From Acidobacteriota bacterium (GTDB lineage Bacteria; Acidobacteriota; Polarisedimenticolia; SMYD01), in contig SMYD01000104.1 in NCBI GenBank assembly GCA_004356015.1, forward strand, positions 10,221 through 74,220: a stretch of DNA of 64,000 nt. Direction: 5' to 3'. Of this stretch, positions 1 to 11,589 are shown one piece after another (the first letter of the stretch is position 1; the number at the start of each line of letters is the position of its first letter). The position numbers and the translations under genes are program-made. Under the pieces are notes generated by a model, which saw nothing but the letters and a program-made list of their open reading frames with translations, was not told where the DNA came from and did not search any database.

Positions 1-34
1 CCCTTTCGCACCACAAGAGTCCAAGAGGATCAAC

Positions 35-1354
35 GTGACATCCATGCCAGCCAAGGTGGACCCCAAGCTGACCCGGGAGAACGAGACCCGGCGGCGTCTC
101 GACCTGACCATTCCTGCGGCGGAGATGGAGACAGCCACGGAGGAAGCTGCCCGGCAGATGGGCCGCAAGCTGCGTATTCCTGGGTTCCGCCGGGGACATG
201 TGCCCACCAAGGTTGTCCGCCAGCGATTTGCACGTGAGCTGCAGGAGGAGGTCATCGAGCAACTGGCTTCCCGGCACGTTGCGGCGTTCATGGACTCCGG
301 CCAGGAAGACCCGGTGGCGCCGCCGGTCCTCAAGGAGCAGCAGGTGGTCAAGGATGGCAGCCTGAAGCTGGTCGCCATTTATGAGGTCCAGCCGCCGGTC
401 CAGCTGGGGGAGTACCGGGGGTTGGCTGCGAGCAGGCCCTCGACCACCTTGTCCGATCAGGAGGTGGACGACGCCCTGGAATCGATCCGGATGGGGATGA
501 CCCGGCTCCATCCGGTTGAGGACAGAGGGGCGGCGGAAGGGGACGATATCCTGGTGGACATGGAGGGCCTGGACCTGGAAGGAGAGGAGAAAGGCGTCAC
601 CTTTCGGAGAGAAGGAATCGGGATGCGCCTTGCAGGGGATGATGTTCATCCTGAGCTCTGGAAGGCCCTCCTCGGCGCCCAGACAGGATTTTGCCGGGAG
701 GTCACCGTGGCCTACCCGGATGATTACCGGACCAAGGGCCTGGCCGGCCGGACCATCCGGTATCAACTCAATGTGAAATCAGTGCGCCAGCCACGCACAC
801 CCCTTCTGGATGACGACCTTGCCCGGAATGCGGGCGATTTCAAGGATCTTGCGGAACTGCGCCAGCGCGTGCAGGAGGATCTGCAGCATCGCAAGGAGAA
901 AGACGCCCACGAGAGTGTGCGCCAGTCACTCCTGCACCAGTTGCTGGAACGGCATCCCCTGGCGGTGCCCCAGGTCCTGGTGGACCAGGAGGTCCACCGG
1001 CGACTGGAATCCATCGCCCATCAACTGGCCAGGCAGGGTGTGGACCCCACCCAGGCCGGCGTGGATTGGCCCAAGGAGAAGAAGCGGCAGGACGAGCGTG
1101 TGCGGGAGGATCTCCGTGCGGCGCGCCTGCTGGACGCCATCGCCGAGGCGGAGAAGCTTGAAGTGAAGGACGTGGACATGGAGCGCCATCTGGCGGAAGA
1201 AGCCGCGAGGGCGAATCAGCCACTCACTGTTCTGCGCGCCAGCTGGCAGAAAGACGGGCGCCTTGATGCTCTTCACCGCCACTTGAAGCGTGATGCCGTG
1301 CTTGACTTTCTGAGTTCCGTTGGTCATATTCAGAAGGAAGGAGAATCGGCGTAA
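35..1354 (+). CDS. tig: Trigger factor (ribosome-associated PPIase chaperone)
   Basis: 439-aa ORF with the N-terminal ribosome-binding domain, an FKBP-like middle domain and C-terminal arms. It lies directly upstream of clpP-clpX-lon, the classic order. GTG start at 35 is preceded by AGGA at 24-27. Confidence 0.88.
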   Translation: MTSMPAKVDPKLTRENETRRRLDLTIPAAEMETATEEAARQMGRKLRIPGFRRGHVPTKVVRQRFARELQEEVIEQLASRHVAAFMDSGQEDPVAPPVLKEQQVVKDGSLKLVAIYEVQPPVQLGEYRGLAASRPSTTLSDQEVDDALESIRMGMTRLHPVEDRGAAEGDDILVDMEGLDLEGEEKGVTFRREGIGMRLAGDDVHPELWKALLGAQTGFCREVTVAYPDDYRTKGLAGRTIRYQLNVKSVRQPRTPLLDDDLARNAGDFKDLAELRQRVQEDLQHRKEKDAHESVRQSLLHQLLERHPLAVPQVLVDQEVHRRLESIAHQLARQGVDPTQAGVDWPKEKKRQDERVREDLRAARLLDAIAEAEKLEVKDVDMERHLAEEAARANQPLTVLRASWQKDGRLDALHRHLKRDAVLDFLSSVGHIQKEGESA

Positions 1355-1942
1355 ATGCAACTGATTCCAATGGTTGTGGAGCAGACGGCGCGTGGCGAAC
1401 GGGCTTTCGATATCTATTCCCGGCTGCTCAAGGACAACATCATTTTCATCGGTTCTCCCATCGATGACAATGTTGCCAATCTCGTCATCGCACAGCTCCT
1501 GTTTCTCGAGTCCGAGGATTCCAAGCGGGACATCTCGCTCTACATCAACAGCCCGGGCGGGCATATCACCTCCGGCCTGGCGATCTATGACACCATGCAG
1601 TTCGTGCGTCCGGATATCTCCACCATCTGCATGGGGCAGGCTGCCAGTATGGGGGCGGTGCTCCTGGCGGGCGGCACCAAGGGCAAGCGCTCCGCGCTCC
1701 CTCACTCGCGTATCGTGATTCATCAGCCGCTGGGTGGCGTTCAAGGTCAGGCCACCGACATTGATATCCAGGCGCGGGAGATTCTGCGCATGCGCGCGAC
1801 ACTCAACAAGATCCTGGCAAAACATTCCGGCCAGAGTATAGAAACGATCAACACGGATACGGAACGTGATTTCATCATGACCGCCGAGGCATCCAGAAAG
1901 TACGGGATCATCGACGAAGTGATCACCAGCCGAGAAGACTGA
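1355..1942 (+). CDS. clpP: ATP-dependent Clp protease proteolytic subunit
   Basis: 195 aa with the catalytic serine context GQAASMGA and strong ClpP similarity along its whole length. It abuts the tig stop. Confidence 0.95.
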   Translation: MQLIPMVVEQTARGERAFDIYSRLLKDNIIFIGSPIDDNVANLVIAQLLFLESEDSKRDISLYINSPGGHITSGLAIYDTMQFVRPDISTICMGQAASMGAVLLAGGTKGKRSALPHSRIVIHQPLGGVQGQATDIDIQAREILRMRATLNKILAKHSGQSIETINTDTERDFIMTAEASRKYGIIDEVITSRED

Positions 1943-1963
1943 TTTCTCCGGGGGCCTGACACC

Positions 1964-3205
1964 ATGGTGCGGAAGAAAAACAATGAAGGAGAAGGTCTGC
2001 GCTGCAGTTTCTGCAACAAGCACCAGAAGGATGTGGAGAAGCTCATAGCCGGGCCGACGGTTTACATCTGCAATGAATGCGTCGATATCTGCCTGGACAT
2101 CATTGCCGATGGCCGAGAAGGTGATGAGCCCAGGGGCGAGACCAAGCTGCCCAAGCCGGTGGAGATCAAGGCTCTCCTGGATGAGTATGTCATCGGCCAG
2201 GAGCAGGCCAAGAAGAAGCTCGCGGTCGCGGTCTACAACCACTACAAGCGCAACGAATTCAGCCTGCGGAAGAGCGATGTGGAGATCCAGAAGAGCAACA
2301 TCATGCTCATTGGACCGACCGGGACGGGCAAGACCCTTCTGGCGCAGACTCTGGCACGCATTCTCTCGGTTCCCTTCGCCCTGGTGGATGCCACAACCCT
2401 GACCGAAGCAGGTTATGTCGGTGAGGACGTTGAAAATATCATCCTGAAGCTTCTTCAGGCGGCTGACAACGATGTGGAAAAATGCCAGCGGGGCATCATT
2501 TATATCGATGAGATCGACAAGATCTGTCGCAAGGGCGAGAACCCGTCCATTACCCGGGATGTCTCGGGAGAAGGCGTTCAGCAGGCGCTGCTGAAGATCC
2601 TGGAGGGAACCATCGCCAATGTGCCGCCCCAGGGTGGCCGCAAGCACCCGCACCAGGAGTTCGTTCCGGTGGATACCACCCATATCCTGTTCATCTGTGG
2701 TGGCGCCTTCGTGGGACTGGAAAAGGTGGTCCAGCAGCGGCTGGGGAAGAACTCCATGGGTTTCCGGGCCGACGTGGGGCATTCCAGCGATCTGAAGAAC
2801 GATGAACTTCTGGCATGCGTGCAGCCGGTGGATCTGATCCAGTACGGCTTGATCCCGGAGTTCGTGGGCCGACTGGCGGTGGTCGCGAGCCTGGAGGATC
2901 TGGATCGCGGCGCCCTGGTGCAAATTCTGACCGAGCCGCGGAACGCCCTGGTCAAGCAATATCAGCGCATCTTCGAGTACGAGAACGTCAAGCTCAAATT
3001 CACCAGTGATGCCCTGGAATCAATCGCCCGCCGGGCGATCGATCGTAAAGTGGGTGCGCGTGGATTGCGGATGATCCTGGAGGAACTCATGCTGGAGATC
3101 ATGTTTCATCTGCCGTCCAAGGACAATATTTCGGAGTGCGTCATCACCAAGGAGGCGGTGGAGAACCGGAGTACCCCTCTGACCCTCATCGAGAAGGCCG
3201 GCTAG
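1964..3205 (+). CDS. clpX: ATP-dependent Clp protease ATP-binding subunit ClpX
   Basis: N-terminal C4 zinc finger (CSFCNK...CNEC) and Walker A GPTGTGKT. Reads as an AAA+ unfoldase throughout. Confidence 0.95.
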   Translation: MVRKKNNEGEGLRCSFCNKHQKDVEKLIAGPTVYICNECVDICLDIIADGREGDEPRGETKLPKPVEIKALLDEYVIGQEQAKKKLAVAVYNHYKRNEFSLRKSDVEIQKSNIMLIGPTGTGKTLLAQTLARILSVPFALVDATTLTEAGYVGEDVENIILKLLQAADNDVEKCQRGIIYIDEIDKICRKGENPSITRDVSGEGVQQALLKILEGTIANVPPQGGRKHPHQEFVPVDTTHILFICGGAFVGLEKVVQQRLGKNSMGFRADVGHSSDLKNDELLACVQPVDLIQYGLIPEFVGRLAVVASLEDLDRGALVQILTEPRNALVKQYQRIFEYENVKLKFTSDALESIARRAIDRKVGARGLRMILEELMLEIMFHLPSKDNISECVITKEAVENRSTPLTLIEKAG

Positions 3206-3278
3206 GCCTTTCCCCGCTCCCATCCGCTGCGGCGTCTGCGCCGCAACTTTTGCTTTCAGAACCAGTCTGCGCCTGTGT

Positions 3279-3310
3279 TTGACAGCGCAATCATCTTGAT
3301 GGGCTATAAT
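3279..3310 (+). promoter_or_regulatory. Perfect TTGACA (3279-3284) and TATAAT (3305-3310) hexamers upstream of lon, with a non-canonical 20-nt spacer
   Basis: Hexamers read directly from the sequence. TATAAT ends 7 nt before the lon ATG at 3318. AGGA at 3311-3314 is a possible short-spaced RBS. Confidence 0.3.
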
Positions 3311-3317
3311 AGGAATC

Positions 3318-5744
3318 ATGGACGACTTCAATTCAGAAAATCCCAAAGAGGACCTTATTACGCTGCCCCTGGTCCCTTTGCGGGATATCGTGGTATTCCC
3401 GGGGACACTCCTGCCGTTCATCGTTGGACGGGAGGGTTCGCTGCGCGCCTTCAGTGCAGCGCTCGACGGGGATAAGCGGCTCTTCCTCGCCACTCAGCGG
3501 GACGCGTCGGAGGATGAGCCTGCCATGGAAGGCCTGAATTCCATCGGCACGGTGGCGATTATTGTTCAGCACCAGCACCTGCCCAATGGCAATGTCAAGG
3601 TCCTTGTGGAAGGTGTTGCCCGGGCCCGGATCATCGAAGTGCATGAGAAGGATGACCACCACACGGCGCTGCTGAAGATCCTGGACCGTCGCCAGGAGGT
3701 CACTCCCGAGATCAGGGATCGGATGAAGAAGGTCGCATCGCTTTTCAAGAGCTACGTGAAACTCTCACCCAACCTCCCTAACGAAGGGTTGCTGCCGGTT
3801 GGCAGGTCATCGGATCCGGGTCGTCTGGCAGACGCCATCGCCAACAACATGCAGGTGGGTGTCGATCAGAAGCAGAATCTTCTGGAGACGCTCTATCCCC
3901 TTGACCGTCTCAATGGCATCGCCACCATGCTGGAGAGCGAACTTGACCGGCTGCGTATGGATCGACGTATCCACAACAAGGTCAAAAAACAGATGGAGCG
4001 CGCCCAGAAGGAGTATTACCTCAACGAGAAGATCAAAGCCATTCAGCATGAACTCGGTGGACGTGAAGACCGAGCCGGTGACCTGGAGGAATTGCGGGAG
4101 CAGATCAAGAAGGCAGGCATGCCGAAGGATGCCCATGAGCGCGCCGAGCAGGAGTTGAAGCGCCTGGAGGCGATGCCTCCAGTTTCTGCAGAGGCCACCG
4201 TCTCACGCAACTATGTGGACTGGTTGGTGGCCTTGCCGTGGAAGAAGAAGACGAGAGAGAATCGGGATATTCTCAAGGCAGAGAAGATTCTCAACGAAGA
4301 CCATTACGGCCTGGTGAAGGTCAAGGAGAGAATCCTCGAGTTCCTGGCCGTGCGCCAGCTGGTCAAGAAACCGGTCAATGGATCGATCCTTTGCCTGGTG
4401 GGGCCTCCAGGGGTGGGCAAAACCTCCCTCGGGAAGTCCATTGCCAGGGCCACAGGGCGCAAATTCGTGCGCATCTCCCTGGGTGGTATGCGGGATGAGG
4501 CCGAGATCCGCGGCCATCGGCGGACATACATCGGCGCCTTCCCCGGCCAGATCATCCAGATGATGAAGAAGGCCGGGACCAGGAACCCCATCTTTCTCTT
4601 GGATGAGGTCGACAAGATGAGCATGGACTTCAGGGGAGACCCCTCTGCGGCGCTCCTTGAAGTCCTGGATACGGAACTCAATCATCAGTTCACCGATCAC
4701 TATATCGACTGCGAATTCGACCTCTCCGAGGTGATGTTCATCTGCACGGCCAATGTCATCCACACTCTCTCGCCGGCCCTCAGGGACAGGCTGGAGATCT
4801 TGCGCCTGGCGGGCTATACGCTCAGGGAAAAGCTTGCCATTGCCCGCCAATACCTGTTGCCCAAGCAGCTTGCAGCCCATGGCCTGAAAGTGGAGAGTGT
4901 CACCTTCCAGGATGATGCGCTGCGGGATCTTATCGAAAAATACACCCGTGAGGCTGGTGTGAGAAATCTGGAGAGGGAGATTGCCTCGGTCTGTCGCAAG
5001 CTGGCCATGGAGGTGGTGAAGAAGGGTGACCATTTTTCGGTGGAGGTCACCCCGGATCTGGTCGGCAAGTATCTGGGCGTGGCGCGCTTCCGGCCCTGGC
5101 AAGCCGAAAAAATCAACCAGGTAGGCGTTGCCACGGGATTGGCCTGGACGGAGAGTGGGGGTGAACTTCTCTCCACGGAAGCCACTCTCATGAAGGGCCG
5201 GGGGCAACTTTCACTGACCGGGCAACTGGGCGATGTGATGAAGGAATCTGCTCATGCCGCCCTGTCCTTCATTCGCTCGCGCACGGCCCAGTACCAGATC
5301 GATGAAAACTTCTATCGCAAATATGATCTTCATATCCATGTCCCGGAAGGGGCAATCCCCAAGGACGGCCCGTCGGCGGGAATCACCATTGCCACGGCCA
5401 TGCTGTCGGCCCTGACCGGTATCGCGGTCCGCTGGGATGTGGCCATGACCGGAGAAATCACGCTGCGTGGGAAGGTCCTGCCGGTGGGCGGGGTCAAGGA
5501 GAAGATCATCGCGGCCCATCGCATGGGAATGAGCGATATCATTCTGTCCAAAGACAATGAGAAGGATCTGACGGAACTGCCCGATGATGTCCACGAAGCG
5601 TTGAATTTCCACCTGGTGGAATGGGTGGATGAGGTTTTCGACCTGGCGCTGGTCAAACCCCTGCCTCGTCTCGACAAGAAAATCGACAGCAGCTTCAAGA
5701 AGAGCCTGGAGAAGAACGCCTCGGAAGACACCGTGGCCCATTGA
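3318..5744 (+). CDS. lon: ATP-dependent protease Lon
   Basis: 808 aa with a LON N-terminal domain ([13 protein letters not shown]), Walker [10 protein letters not shown] and the protease catalytic motif PKDGPSAG. Confidence 0.95.
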   Translation: MDDFNSENPKEDLITLPLVPLRDIVVFPGTLLPFIVGREGSLRAFSAALDGDKRLFLATQRDASEDEPAMEGLNSIGTVAIIVQHQHLPNGNVKVLVEGVARARIIEVHEKDDHHTALLKILDRRQEVTPEIRDRMKKVASLFKSYVKLSPNLPNEGLLPVGRSSDPGRLADAIANNMQVGVDQKQNLLETLYPLDRLNGIATMLESELDRLRMDRRIHNKVKKQMERAQKEYYLNEKIKAIQHELGGREDRAGDLEELREQIKKAGMPKDAHERAEQELKRLEAMPPVSAEATVSRNYVDWLVALPWKKKTRENRDILKAEKILNEDHYGLVKVKERILEFLAVRQLVKKPVNGSILCLVGPPGVGKTSLGKSIARATGRKFVRISLGGMRDEAEIRGHRRTYIGAFPGQIIQMMKKAGTRNPIFLLDEVDKMSMDFRGDPSAALLEVLDTELNHQFTDHYIDCEFDLSEVMFICTANVIHTLSPALRDRLEILRLAGYTLREKLAIARQYLLPKQLAAHGLKVESVTFQDDALRDLIEKYTREAGVRNLEREIASVCRKLAMEVVKKGDHFSVEVTPDLVGKYLGVARFRPWQAEKINQVGVATGLAWTESGGELLSTEATLMKGRGQLSLTGQLGDVMKESAHAALSFIRSRTAQYQIDENFYRKYDLHIHVPEGAIPKDGPSAGITIATAMLSALTGIAVRWDVAMTGEITLRGKVLPVGGVKEKIIAAHRMGMSDIILSKDNEKDLTELPDDVHEALNFHLVEWVDEVFDLALVKPLPRLDKKIDSSFKKSLEKNASEDTVAH

Positions 5745-5774
5745 GGTTCACACCGGAGCCATCGGTCTGACCGG

Positions 5775-6404
5775 TTGGCCGCTCGCCCGGAATCCTTTCC
5801 CATGAAGTCCCCATTGCAGCATGGAGAGTCCCGCTTTCTGCTGGGCGTCGCCCAGCCGGATGGCTATCCGGTTCCTGGAGGGCCGGAGGTTGTTTTTGCC
5901 GGGCGATCCAACGTTGGTAAATCGAGCCTGCTCAATGCACTGTTGCGCCGCCGGGGCCTGGCCCGGGTCAGCAAGACGCCAGGGAGGACTCAGCAGGTGA
6001 ACTTTTTTCAAACGGGGGACCTGGGAACCTTTGTGGACTTGCCTGGATACGGCTTCGCCCGTGCGCCGGAACGGGTGCGTCACCAGTGGAAGGCCCTGGT
6101 GGACGCCTACCTAGAGGGAGATCGTCCGGTGGCGGTGTGCCTGCTTCTGGCGGATGCGCGCCATGATCCCACTGGCCAGGATGTTCAACTGTGCGATTGG
6201 CTCAGGCATGCCGGCTTGCCCTGCAGAGTACTGCTCACCAAGGCAGACGCCGTGGGAAGGGGTCGTATCCAGAAGGTCGTGCGCCGCGCGGCCGAGGTCC
6301 TGGGACTGGAGTCCGGCGAGGAGAGGCCTCTGCCGGTCTCAGCTCGCACTGGAGAAGGCATTGACCAGGTGCGTTCCCTTATTCATCATGCGGTGCATTC
6401 GTGA
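5775..6404 (+). CDS. engB: Ribosome biogenesis GTP-binding protein YihA/EngB
   Basis: G1 motif [10 protein letters not shown] plus DLPGYG and TKAD motifs. An alternative start at MKSPLQ (5802) is possible. Confidence 0.85.
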   Translation: MAARPESFPMKSPLQHGESRFLLGVAQPDGYPVPGGPEVVFAGRSNVGKSSLLNALLRRRGLARVSKTPGRTQQVNFFQTGDLGTFVDLPGYGFARAPERVRHQWKALVDAYLEGDRPVAVCLLLADARHDPTGQDVQLCDWLRHAGLPCRVLLTKADAVGRGRIQKVVRRAAEVLGLESGEERPLPVSARTGEGIDQVRSLIHHAVHS

Positions 6405-6508
6405 GTGCGCCGCGCCTCAGCAAGTCCGGCAGGGAGAGAATCGTGGAGGTCCAGGAACGGGGGACCGGCGTGGGCCGGGAGAAGGCAGGGAACCGTCAGA
6501 ATCTGGAC

Positions 6509-7756
6509 ATGGATATCCGGGCGCTCAAGGAGCGCAACATCAAGGACCTCCTGAAGATTGCTCAGGAACTGGAGGTGTCAGGTGGCGCAGGCCTCCGCAA
6601 GCAGGATCTGATCTTCGCCATCCTGCAGGCCAAAACGGAAAAGAGCGGATTGATCTTCTCCGAGGGTGTTTTGGAGTGCCTTCCTGACGGCTTCGGGTTT
6701 CTGCGCGCTCCCGAATACAATTACCTGCCAGGCCCCGATGATATCTATGTCTCGCCCTCTCAGATCCGCAAATTCGAACTTCAGACTGGCGATACGGTCT
6801 CCGGCCAGGTCCGCCCGCCCAAGGAAGGGGAGCGCTATTTCGCTCTGATCAAAGTTGAGGCTGTTAATTTCGAGACGCCGGACGCCTCACGGGGCAAGGT
6901 CATCTTCGACAACCTCACTCCCCTCTATCCCAATGAGCGCGTTCACCTGGAGACCGACCGAGACAATCTGTCGGCCAGGGTCATGGACATGCTCACGCCC
7001 ATCGGCATGGGGCAGAGAGGGCTTATCGTGTCGCCGCCGCGCACCGGCAAGACCATGCTCCTGCAGAGTCTGGCTCATTCCGTGGCGGAGAATCACCCTG
7101 AGATGGTTCTCATCGTCCTCCTCATTGATGAGCGTCCCGAAGAGGTCACCGACATGGAGAGGACCGTGAAGGGAGATGTCATCTCCTCCACGTTCGATGA
7201 ACCGCCCACCCGACATGTGCAAGTGGCCGAGATGGTGATCGAGAAGGCAAAACGCCTGGTGGAGCACAAGCGGGACGTGATCATTCTACTGGACTCCATC
7301 ACCCGTCTTGCCCGGGCCTATAACACCATCGTGCCCTCCTCGGGAAAAGTTCTCTCAGGCGGGGTTGATGCCAACGCCCTGCAGAGGCCCAAGAGGTTCT
7401 TCGGGGCAGCCCGCAACATCGAAGAGGGCGGCTCCCTCACGATCATCGCCACGGCTCTTGTCGATACGGGGTCGCGCATGGATGATGTGATCTTCGAGGA
7501 GTTCAAGGGGACCGGCAACATGGAGATCAACCTGGACAGGAAATTGTCCGAGAAGAGAATCTACCCGGCTATCGATCTGAATCGCTCCGGGACGCGCAAG
7601 GAGGAACTCCTCCTCAGCGAGAACGAACTCAATAGAACCTGGGTGCTGCGCAAGGTCCTGCATGCCCTGTCGCCGGCGGAAGCCATGGAATTACTGCTGG
7701 ACAGGATGCGTAAAACCGCGGGAAATGAGGAATTTCTCAATTCCATGAACGAGTAG
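6509..7756 (+). CDS. rho: Transcription termination factor Rho
   Basis: From [15 protein letters not shown] the protein aligns with canonical Rho: N-terminal domain, CSD-like RNA-binding segment with DGFGFLR, Walker A GKTMLLQ. The open frame begins at 6401, 36 codons upstream; the shorter start matches typical Rho length. Confidence 0.9.
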   Translation: MDIRALKERNIKDLLKIAQELEVSGGAGLRKQDLIFAILQAKTEKSGLIFSEGVLECLPDGFGFLRAPEYNYLPGPDDIYVSPSQIRKFELQTGDTVSGQVRPPKEGERYFALIKVEAVNFETPDASRGKVIFDNLTPLYPNERVHLETDRDNLSARVMDMLTPIGMGQRGLIVSPPRTGKTMLLQSLAHSVAENHPEMVLIVLLIDERPEEVTDMERTVKGDVISSTFDEPPTRHVQVAEMVIEKAKRLVEHKRDVIILLDSITRLARAYNTIVPSSGKVLSGGVDANALQRPKRFFGAARNIEEGGSLTIIATALVDTGSRMDDVIFEEFKGTGNMEINLDRKLSEKRIYPAIDLNRSGTRKEELLLSENELNRTWVLRKVLHALSPAEAMELLLDRMRKTAGNEEFLNSMNE

Positions 7757-7850
7757 GGTCCTCCCGGGCATGCTACAATTACGCATTCTGGCACCAGTCC
7801 GGGGGACAGGCTCCGGCTATAAGACCATGCAGGGAAGGAAGTTCAGAGCC

Positions 7851-8069
7851 ATGAAGCCTAAGATTCATCCAGAATACAAGGATGTGGAAGTCAGTTGTGC
7901 CTGTGGGAATGCGTTCAAGACACGCTCCACCATCTCGGATATCCGGCTCGAAATCTGCTCATCCTGCCATCCTTTTTTCACGGGCAAGCAAAAGCTGGTG
8001 GATTCGGCCGGGCGGGTCGAGCGATTCCAGCGCAAATACGCACATCTCACCGCAGGCAAGAGCAGCTGA
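7851..8069 (+). CDS. rpmE: 50S ribosomal protein L31 (zinc-binding type)
   Basis: MKPKIHPEY start with CxC...CxxC zinc-binding cysteines. GGAAGGAAG RBS upstream. The track ORF 7770-8069 carries a spurious N-terminal extension. Confidence 0.9.
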   Translation: MKPKIHPEYKDVEVSCACGNAFKTRSTISDIRLEICSSCHPFFTGKQKLVDSAGRVERFQRKYAHLTAGKSS

Positions 8070-8121
8070 GGCCAACCCCGGGCCGGGCCTTCCCGGTCGG
8101 AGACTCGGGCCGGGAGGGCTC

Positions 8122-9192
8122 ATGCTCTCCAAGTTAGAAAGCATCGAGGCGCGGTACGACGAACTGGTGGTCCGGCTGGCCGACCCGGAAGTCGCCGCCG
8201 ACCCCGGTCAATACCGCAAGTACGCCCAGGCCTATGCGGATCTCCAGGACATGGTGCTGGCCTACAGGGAGTACAAGCAGGTCACCTGTGAACTGGATGA
8301 GGCGCGCCAGCTATTGGCCGGGTCCAGCGGGGAAATGGCCGACCTGGCCCGTGAAGAGGTTCACAGCCTCCGTGAGCGCCAGGCAGATCTTCATGGTCGG
8401 CTCCGCCGCATGCTCCTTCCCAAGGATCCCCATGATGACAGCAATGTTGTTCTGGAGATCAGGGCAGGCACCGGTGGCGACGAGGCCACCTTGTTTGCCG
8501 GGGAAATGTTTCGTATGTACAGCCGCTATGCTGAGAGCCGTGGCTGGAAGATCGATGTCACGGAACTCCACGATTCGGGTGCCGGGGGGATCAAGGAAGT
8601 GGTCGCGGTGATCGAGGGGCACGGTGCCTACTCCCGCCTCAAGCATGAAAGTGGTGTACACCGGGTGCAGCGAGTGCCCCAGACCGAGGCCGGAGGGCGC
8701 ATCCACACTTCGGCCGTCACCGTGGCCGTTCTGCCGGAAGCCCAGGAGGTGGAGATCGCCATTGCGGATAAGGACGTGCGTATCGACCGATACTGCTCAT
8801 CAGGTCCTGGCGGACAGAGTGTCAATACCACCTATTCAGCGGTGCGCCTGACCCACTTTCCCACAGGGCTGGTGGTCACCTGCCAGGACGAGAAATCCCA
8901 GCACAAGAACCGGGAAAAGGCCATGCGAGTGCTCCGCTCCCGGCTGCTGGACCTGAAGCGCCAGGAGCAGCAGGATGCCACGGCCAGGGAGCGGCGGCAG
9001 CAGGTGGGCACCGGCGACCGGTCGGAGAAGATCCGGACCTATAATTTTCCTCAGAACAGGGTGACCGATCATCGTATCGGTTTGACCATCCATCGTCTGC
9101 AGCCTGTTCTTGACGGCGATCTGGACCAGCTCCTGGATCCTCTGGTGGAGCACTACCAGGCTGAGTTGCTGAGCGCCCAGGCCGCGGAGTGA
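8122..9192 (+). CDS. prfA: Peptide chain release factor 1
   Basis: MLSKLESIEARYDEL start, GGQ motif SGPGGQSVNTT and the PxT-type decoding region. The track ORF begins at 7882 with an extension that overlaps rpmE. Confidence 0.92.
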   Translation: MLSKLESIEARYDELVVRLADPEVAADPGQYRKYAQAYADLQDMVLAYREYKQVTCELDEARQLLAGSSGEMADLAREEVHSLRERQADLHGRLRRMLLPKDPHDDSNVVLEIRAGTGGDEATLFAGEMFRMYSRYAESRGWKIDVTELHDSGAGGIKEVVAVIEGHGAYSRLKHESGVHRVQRVPQTEAGGRIHTSAVTVAVLPEAQEVEIAIADKDVRIDRYCSSGPGGQSVNTTYSAVRLTHFPTGLVVTCQDEKSQHKNREKAMRVLRSRLLDLKRQEQQDATARERRQQVGTGDRSEKIRTYNFPQNRVTDHRIGLTIHRLQPVLDGDLDQLLDPLVEHYQAELLSAQAAE

Positions 9193-10052
9193 CGGTCCCG
9201 GCCAGGGTCGGAGAGACTTTGGCCCGGGCCACGAGAACTCTGGCCGACGCCGGTGTTGAAGCGCCGCGCCATGAGGCGGAAATCCTGCTCGGCCACCTTC
9301 TCGGGCGTTCGCGGGCGGCCCTCTGGAGCCACCCGGAGAAGTCTCTCCCTGACGGCCAGCACAGGCGCTTTCTTGCCCTCTGCAGGCGCCGTGCCGCCGG
9401 TGAGCCCACGGCCTATCTCACCGGGCATCGCGAGTTCTGGAGTCTGGACCTGCTGGTGGATCCCCGTGTCCTGATCCCGCGGCCGGAGACAGAGCATCTG
9501 GTGGAAGCCGTTCTCGCCCGGCAACCAAAGGGCATCGTGAGGATTCTGGACTACGGTGCGGGCAGTGGATGTATCGCCCTCGCTCTGGCCACCGAGTACC
9601 CGCAGGCCTGGATCATCGCTCTGGACATGGATGGAGGCGCCCTCGCCGTGACGGGCCAGAACAGCAGTCGTCATGACCTTCAGGGTCGTGTGCAACGAGT
9701 TCAGGCCCGTTCTCTGGATGCCCTCGCCGGGGAGAACTGGCTGGATGTTCTGGTCTCGAATCCGCCTTATATCCGCGCTGCGGATCTGTCAGCGCTCCCA
9801 GCCACGGTTCGTCAGCACGAACCGGTGCAGGCTCTCTCTCCCGGTCTCCGGGGGCTGGAAGTGATTGACAGTCTGATCCAGGGTGGCTTGCGACTGCTGC
9901 TGGATGCTGGCACTCTGGCCCTGGAGATCGATTCACCGTCCGCCGCAGGCGTTCGGGAACGGCTCCTCACGTCCGACTGGGCCGATGTGGCGATTCTTCC
10001 CGATCTGGCCGGCATGCCACGTGTCGTGGTAGCACGGCGCCGGCGTCGTTAG
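9189..10052 (+). CDS. prmC: Release factor glutamine N5-methyltransferase PrmC/HemK
   Basis: NPPY motif (VSNPPYI) and a SAM-binding fold (DYGAGSGCIA). Start overlaps the prfA stop (GTGA). Confidence 0.85.
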   Translation: MTVPARVGETLARATRTLADAGVEAPRHEAEILLGHLLGRSRAALWSHPEKSLPDGQHRRFLALCRRRAAGEPTAYLTGHREFWSLDLLVDPRVLIPRPETEHLVEAVLARQPKGIVRILDYGAGSGCIALALATEYPQAWIIALDMDGGALAVTGQNSSRHDLQGRVQRVQARSLDALAGENWLDVLVSNPPYIRAADLSALPATVRQHEPVQALSPGLRGLEVIDSLIQGGLRLLLDAGTLALEIDSPSAAGVRERLLTSDWADVAILPDLAGMPRVVVARRRRR

Positions 10053-10912
10053 AAGCCCACACCCAGGGCCCGCAGTTTGTTGCGCGCCAATTGTGCCTCG
10101 GCGCTCTGGGGATAGGTCTTGACCAGGTGGTCCAGTTGCACGACGCCTTCGCCAATGCGATTGCGCTCGATGAGCAGGAGGCCGCGTTTCAGGAGAGCCG
10201 CTGGCGCCTTGTCCCCCCGGGGAAAATCATCCGCAACCCGGGCATACCCCGCCAGGGCCTCATCGGTTCGTCCTTCGGCCGCGGCGACTTCTCCCAGGTA
10301 ATAGAGTGCATCATCAGCCAGGGGTCCTGAAGGATCCCGGGCCAGGGCAGCGCGAAATCCCATAGCGGCCAGGCTGTAATCGCCGCGGGTGTAGTCGGCG
10401 TAGGCTTGCTGGAAAACCCCTGTTGGATCCTGGCCGCCTTCCACCACCGGTGGCGACGCGGCCAGGGGGGCGATCCGCGGCATTCCAGTTGCGCCGGCCA
10501 CCGATTCAGGATCCGCCATCGATGAGTCCGCAGAGGTCGTGGCGCCCGGTTGGTCCCCGGTGGCGGCCAGAGAACGGCTCTCTTCGCCCAGGCGGTTCAA
10601 GCGAAGAATATCGTAGCGTAATCCGGCAAGGTCGTCGTCGTTGTCTTGCAGACGCTGTGCCATGGCATAGATCTGGGCGTCCAGGATGTCCAGCCGGCTG
10701 CGAAGGTCCTGGACCAGAGACAGGAGATCTTCATCGCCGGGCTGGCGTTCATGATCCGCGGCATCGACTCTGGCCCGTGTCTCCACCTGCTCCTGACGTA
10801 GCCTGTCCAGAGAGAGGCGCAGGTCATCCACATCGTTCTTCATGGCGCCGCCACCTCCCAGGGTGGCGGCACAGGATAGAGTCATCAGGGCCAGCAAGGC
10901 CCCCATTCCCAT
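10049..10912 (-). CDS. cpoB: Tol-Pal system protein CpoB/YbgF (coiled-coil plus TPR)
   Basis: Signal peptide MGMGALLALMTLSCAA, a long coiled-coil and C-terminal TPR repeats. It is the last gene of the Tol-Pal cluster. The track ORF extends to 11197 and overlaps pal; start chosen at the ATG just after the pal stop. Confidence 0.75.
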   Translation of the reverse strand: MGMGALLALMTLSCAATLGGGGAMKNDVDDLRLSLDRLRQEQVETRARVDAADHERQPGDEDLLSLVQDLRSRLDILDAQIYAMAQRLQDNDDDLAGLRYDILRLNRLGEESRSLAATGDQPGATTSADSSMADPESVAGATGMPRIAPLAASPPVVEGGQDPTGVFQQAYADYTRGDYSLAAMGFRAALARDPSGPLADDALYYLGEVAAAEGRTDEALAGYARVADDFPRGDKAPAALLKRGLLLIERNRIGEGVVQLDHLVKTYPQSAEAQLARNKLRALGVGF

Positions 10913-10925
10913 GGCAAGATGGCCC

Positions 10926-11522
10926 CTACCGGGCATGGAACTCGACCCTCCGGTTGCGCGACCAGGCTGCTTCTCCCTGGCCCGGGTCAGCCGGCTGCTC
11001 CTCACCGAAGGAAACCACCTGCAGGCGGTCCGCGGCCACGCCCCGCAGAACCAAGTACTCCCGGGCGCTGCTGGCTCTGCGATCACCAAGTGCCAGGTTG
11101 TATTCCACGGTGCCTCTATCATCGCAATGGCCCCCGACGCGCACCCTGACGTCGGGATGAGCCAGGAGAAAATCCGCATTGTGATCCAGGGAGGCACGTG
11201 TCGTCTCGCTCAGGCTGGAACGATCAAATTCGAAGTAGAGGGTCTCCATCTGGCCGTCGATCCAGGTGGCGTCCTGCTCCCCGGCGAAGGATTCCTCCCC
11301 GAGAGTTTCTTCCGTCAGAGTCTCCTCGCCAAAGGGATCGGTGACTTGCCGGGACGGATCATCAGCAGACGACTCGGAGGATGAGTCACGGTCAAGGGCG
11401 GCGTCAGGGGCACTGGCGGTCAAACCCTCATCGCGAGGCTGGGTACGGCAGCCGGAGGCCGTGGCCATGAGCAGCAGGCCTGCCGCAAGCAGGGGCATGC
11501 ATCGTGTTTGGACGGTTCTCAA
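10926..11522 (-). CDS. pal: Peptidoglycan-associated lipoprotein Pal (OmpA-like domain)
   Basis: Lipobox LLMATASGC and a C-terminal OmpA-family domain (NLALGDRRASSAREYL). Confidence 0.9.
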   Translation of the reverse strand: MRTVQTRCMPLLAAGLLLMATASGCRTQPRDEGLTASAPDAALDRDSSSESSADDPSRQVTDPFGEETLTEETLGEESFAGEQDATWIDGQMETLYFEFDRSSLSETTRASLDHNADFLLAHPDVRVRVGGHCDDRGTVEYNLALGDRRASSAREYLVLRGVAADRLQVVSFGEEQPADPGQGEAAWSRNRRVEFHAR

Positions 11523-11589
11523 CGGGATTCTCCTTGGGGGGCAGACAGGCGTGTTGTGGGGGAGACAGGGGAGTGGTTTCGGCGGCCGG

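Noticed and set aside
926-2959. 677-aa ORF on the minus strand spanning tig/clpP/clpX. Many similar long antisense ORFs occur elsewhere: 4203-5207, 11710-13008, 18862-19887, 22138-22890, 23088-23981, 28389-29429, 29523-30767, 30838-32049, 44891-46123, 49157-50518, 52710-53825, 58171-59901 and 60281-61687.
   Set aside because: Each lies antisense to, or frame-shifted from, a gene with unambiguous conserved motifs. High-GC genomes generate long stop-free antisense frames by chance. Their translations are low-complexity (Arg/Pro/Gly/Ala-rich) with no recognisable domains.
7882-8121. N-terminal 80-codon extension of the prfA ORF overlapping rpmE
   Set aside because: RF1 homology begins at MLSKLESIE (8122). 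The upstream part overlaps the well-supported L31 gene in another frame.
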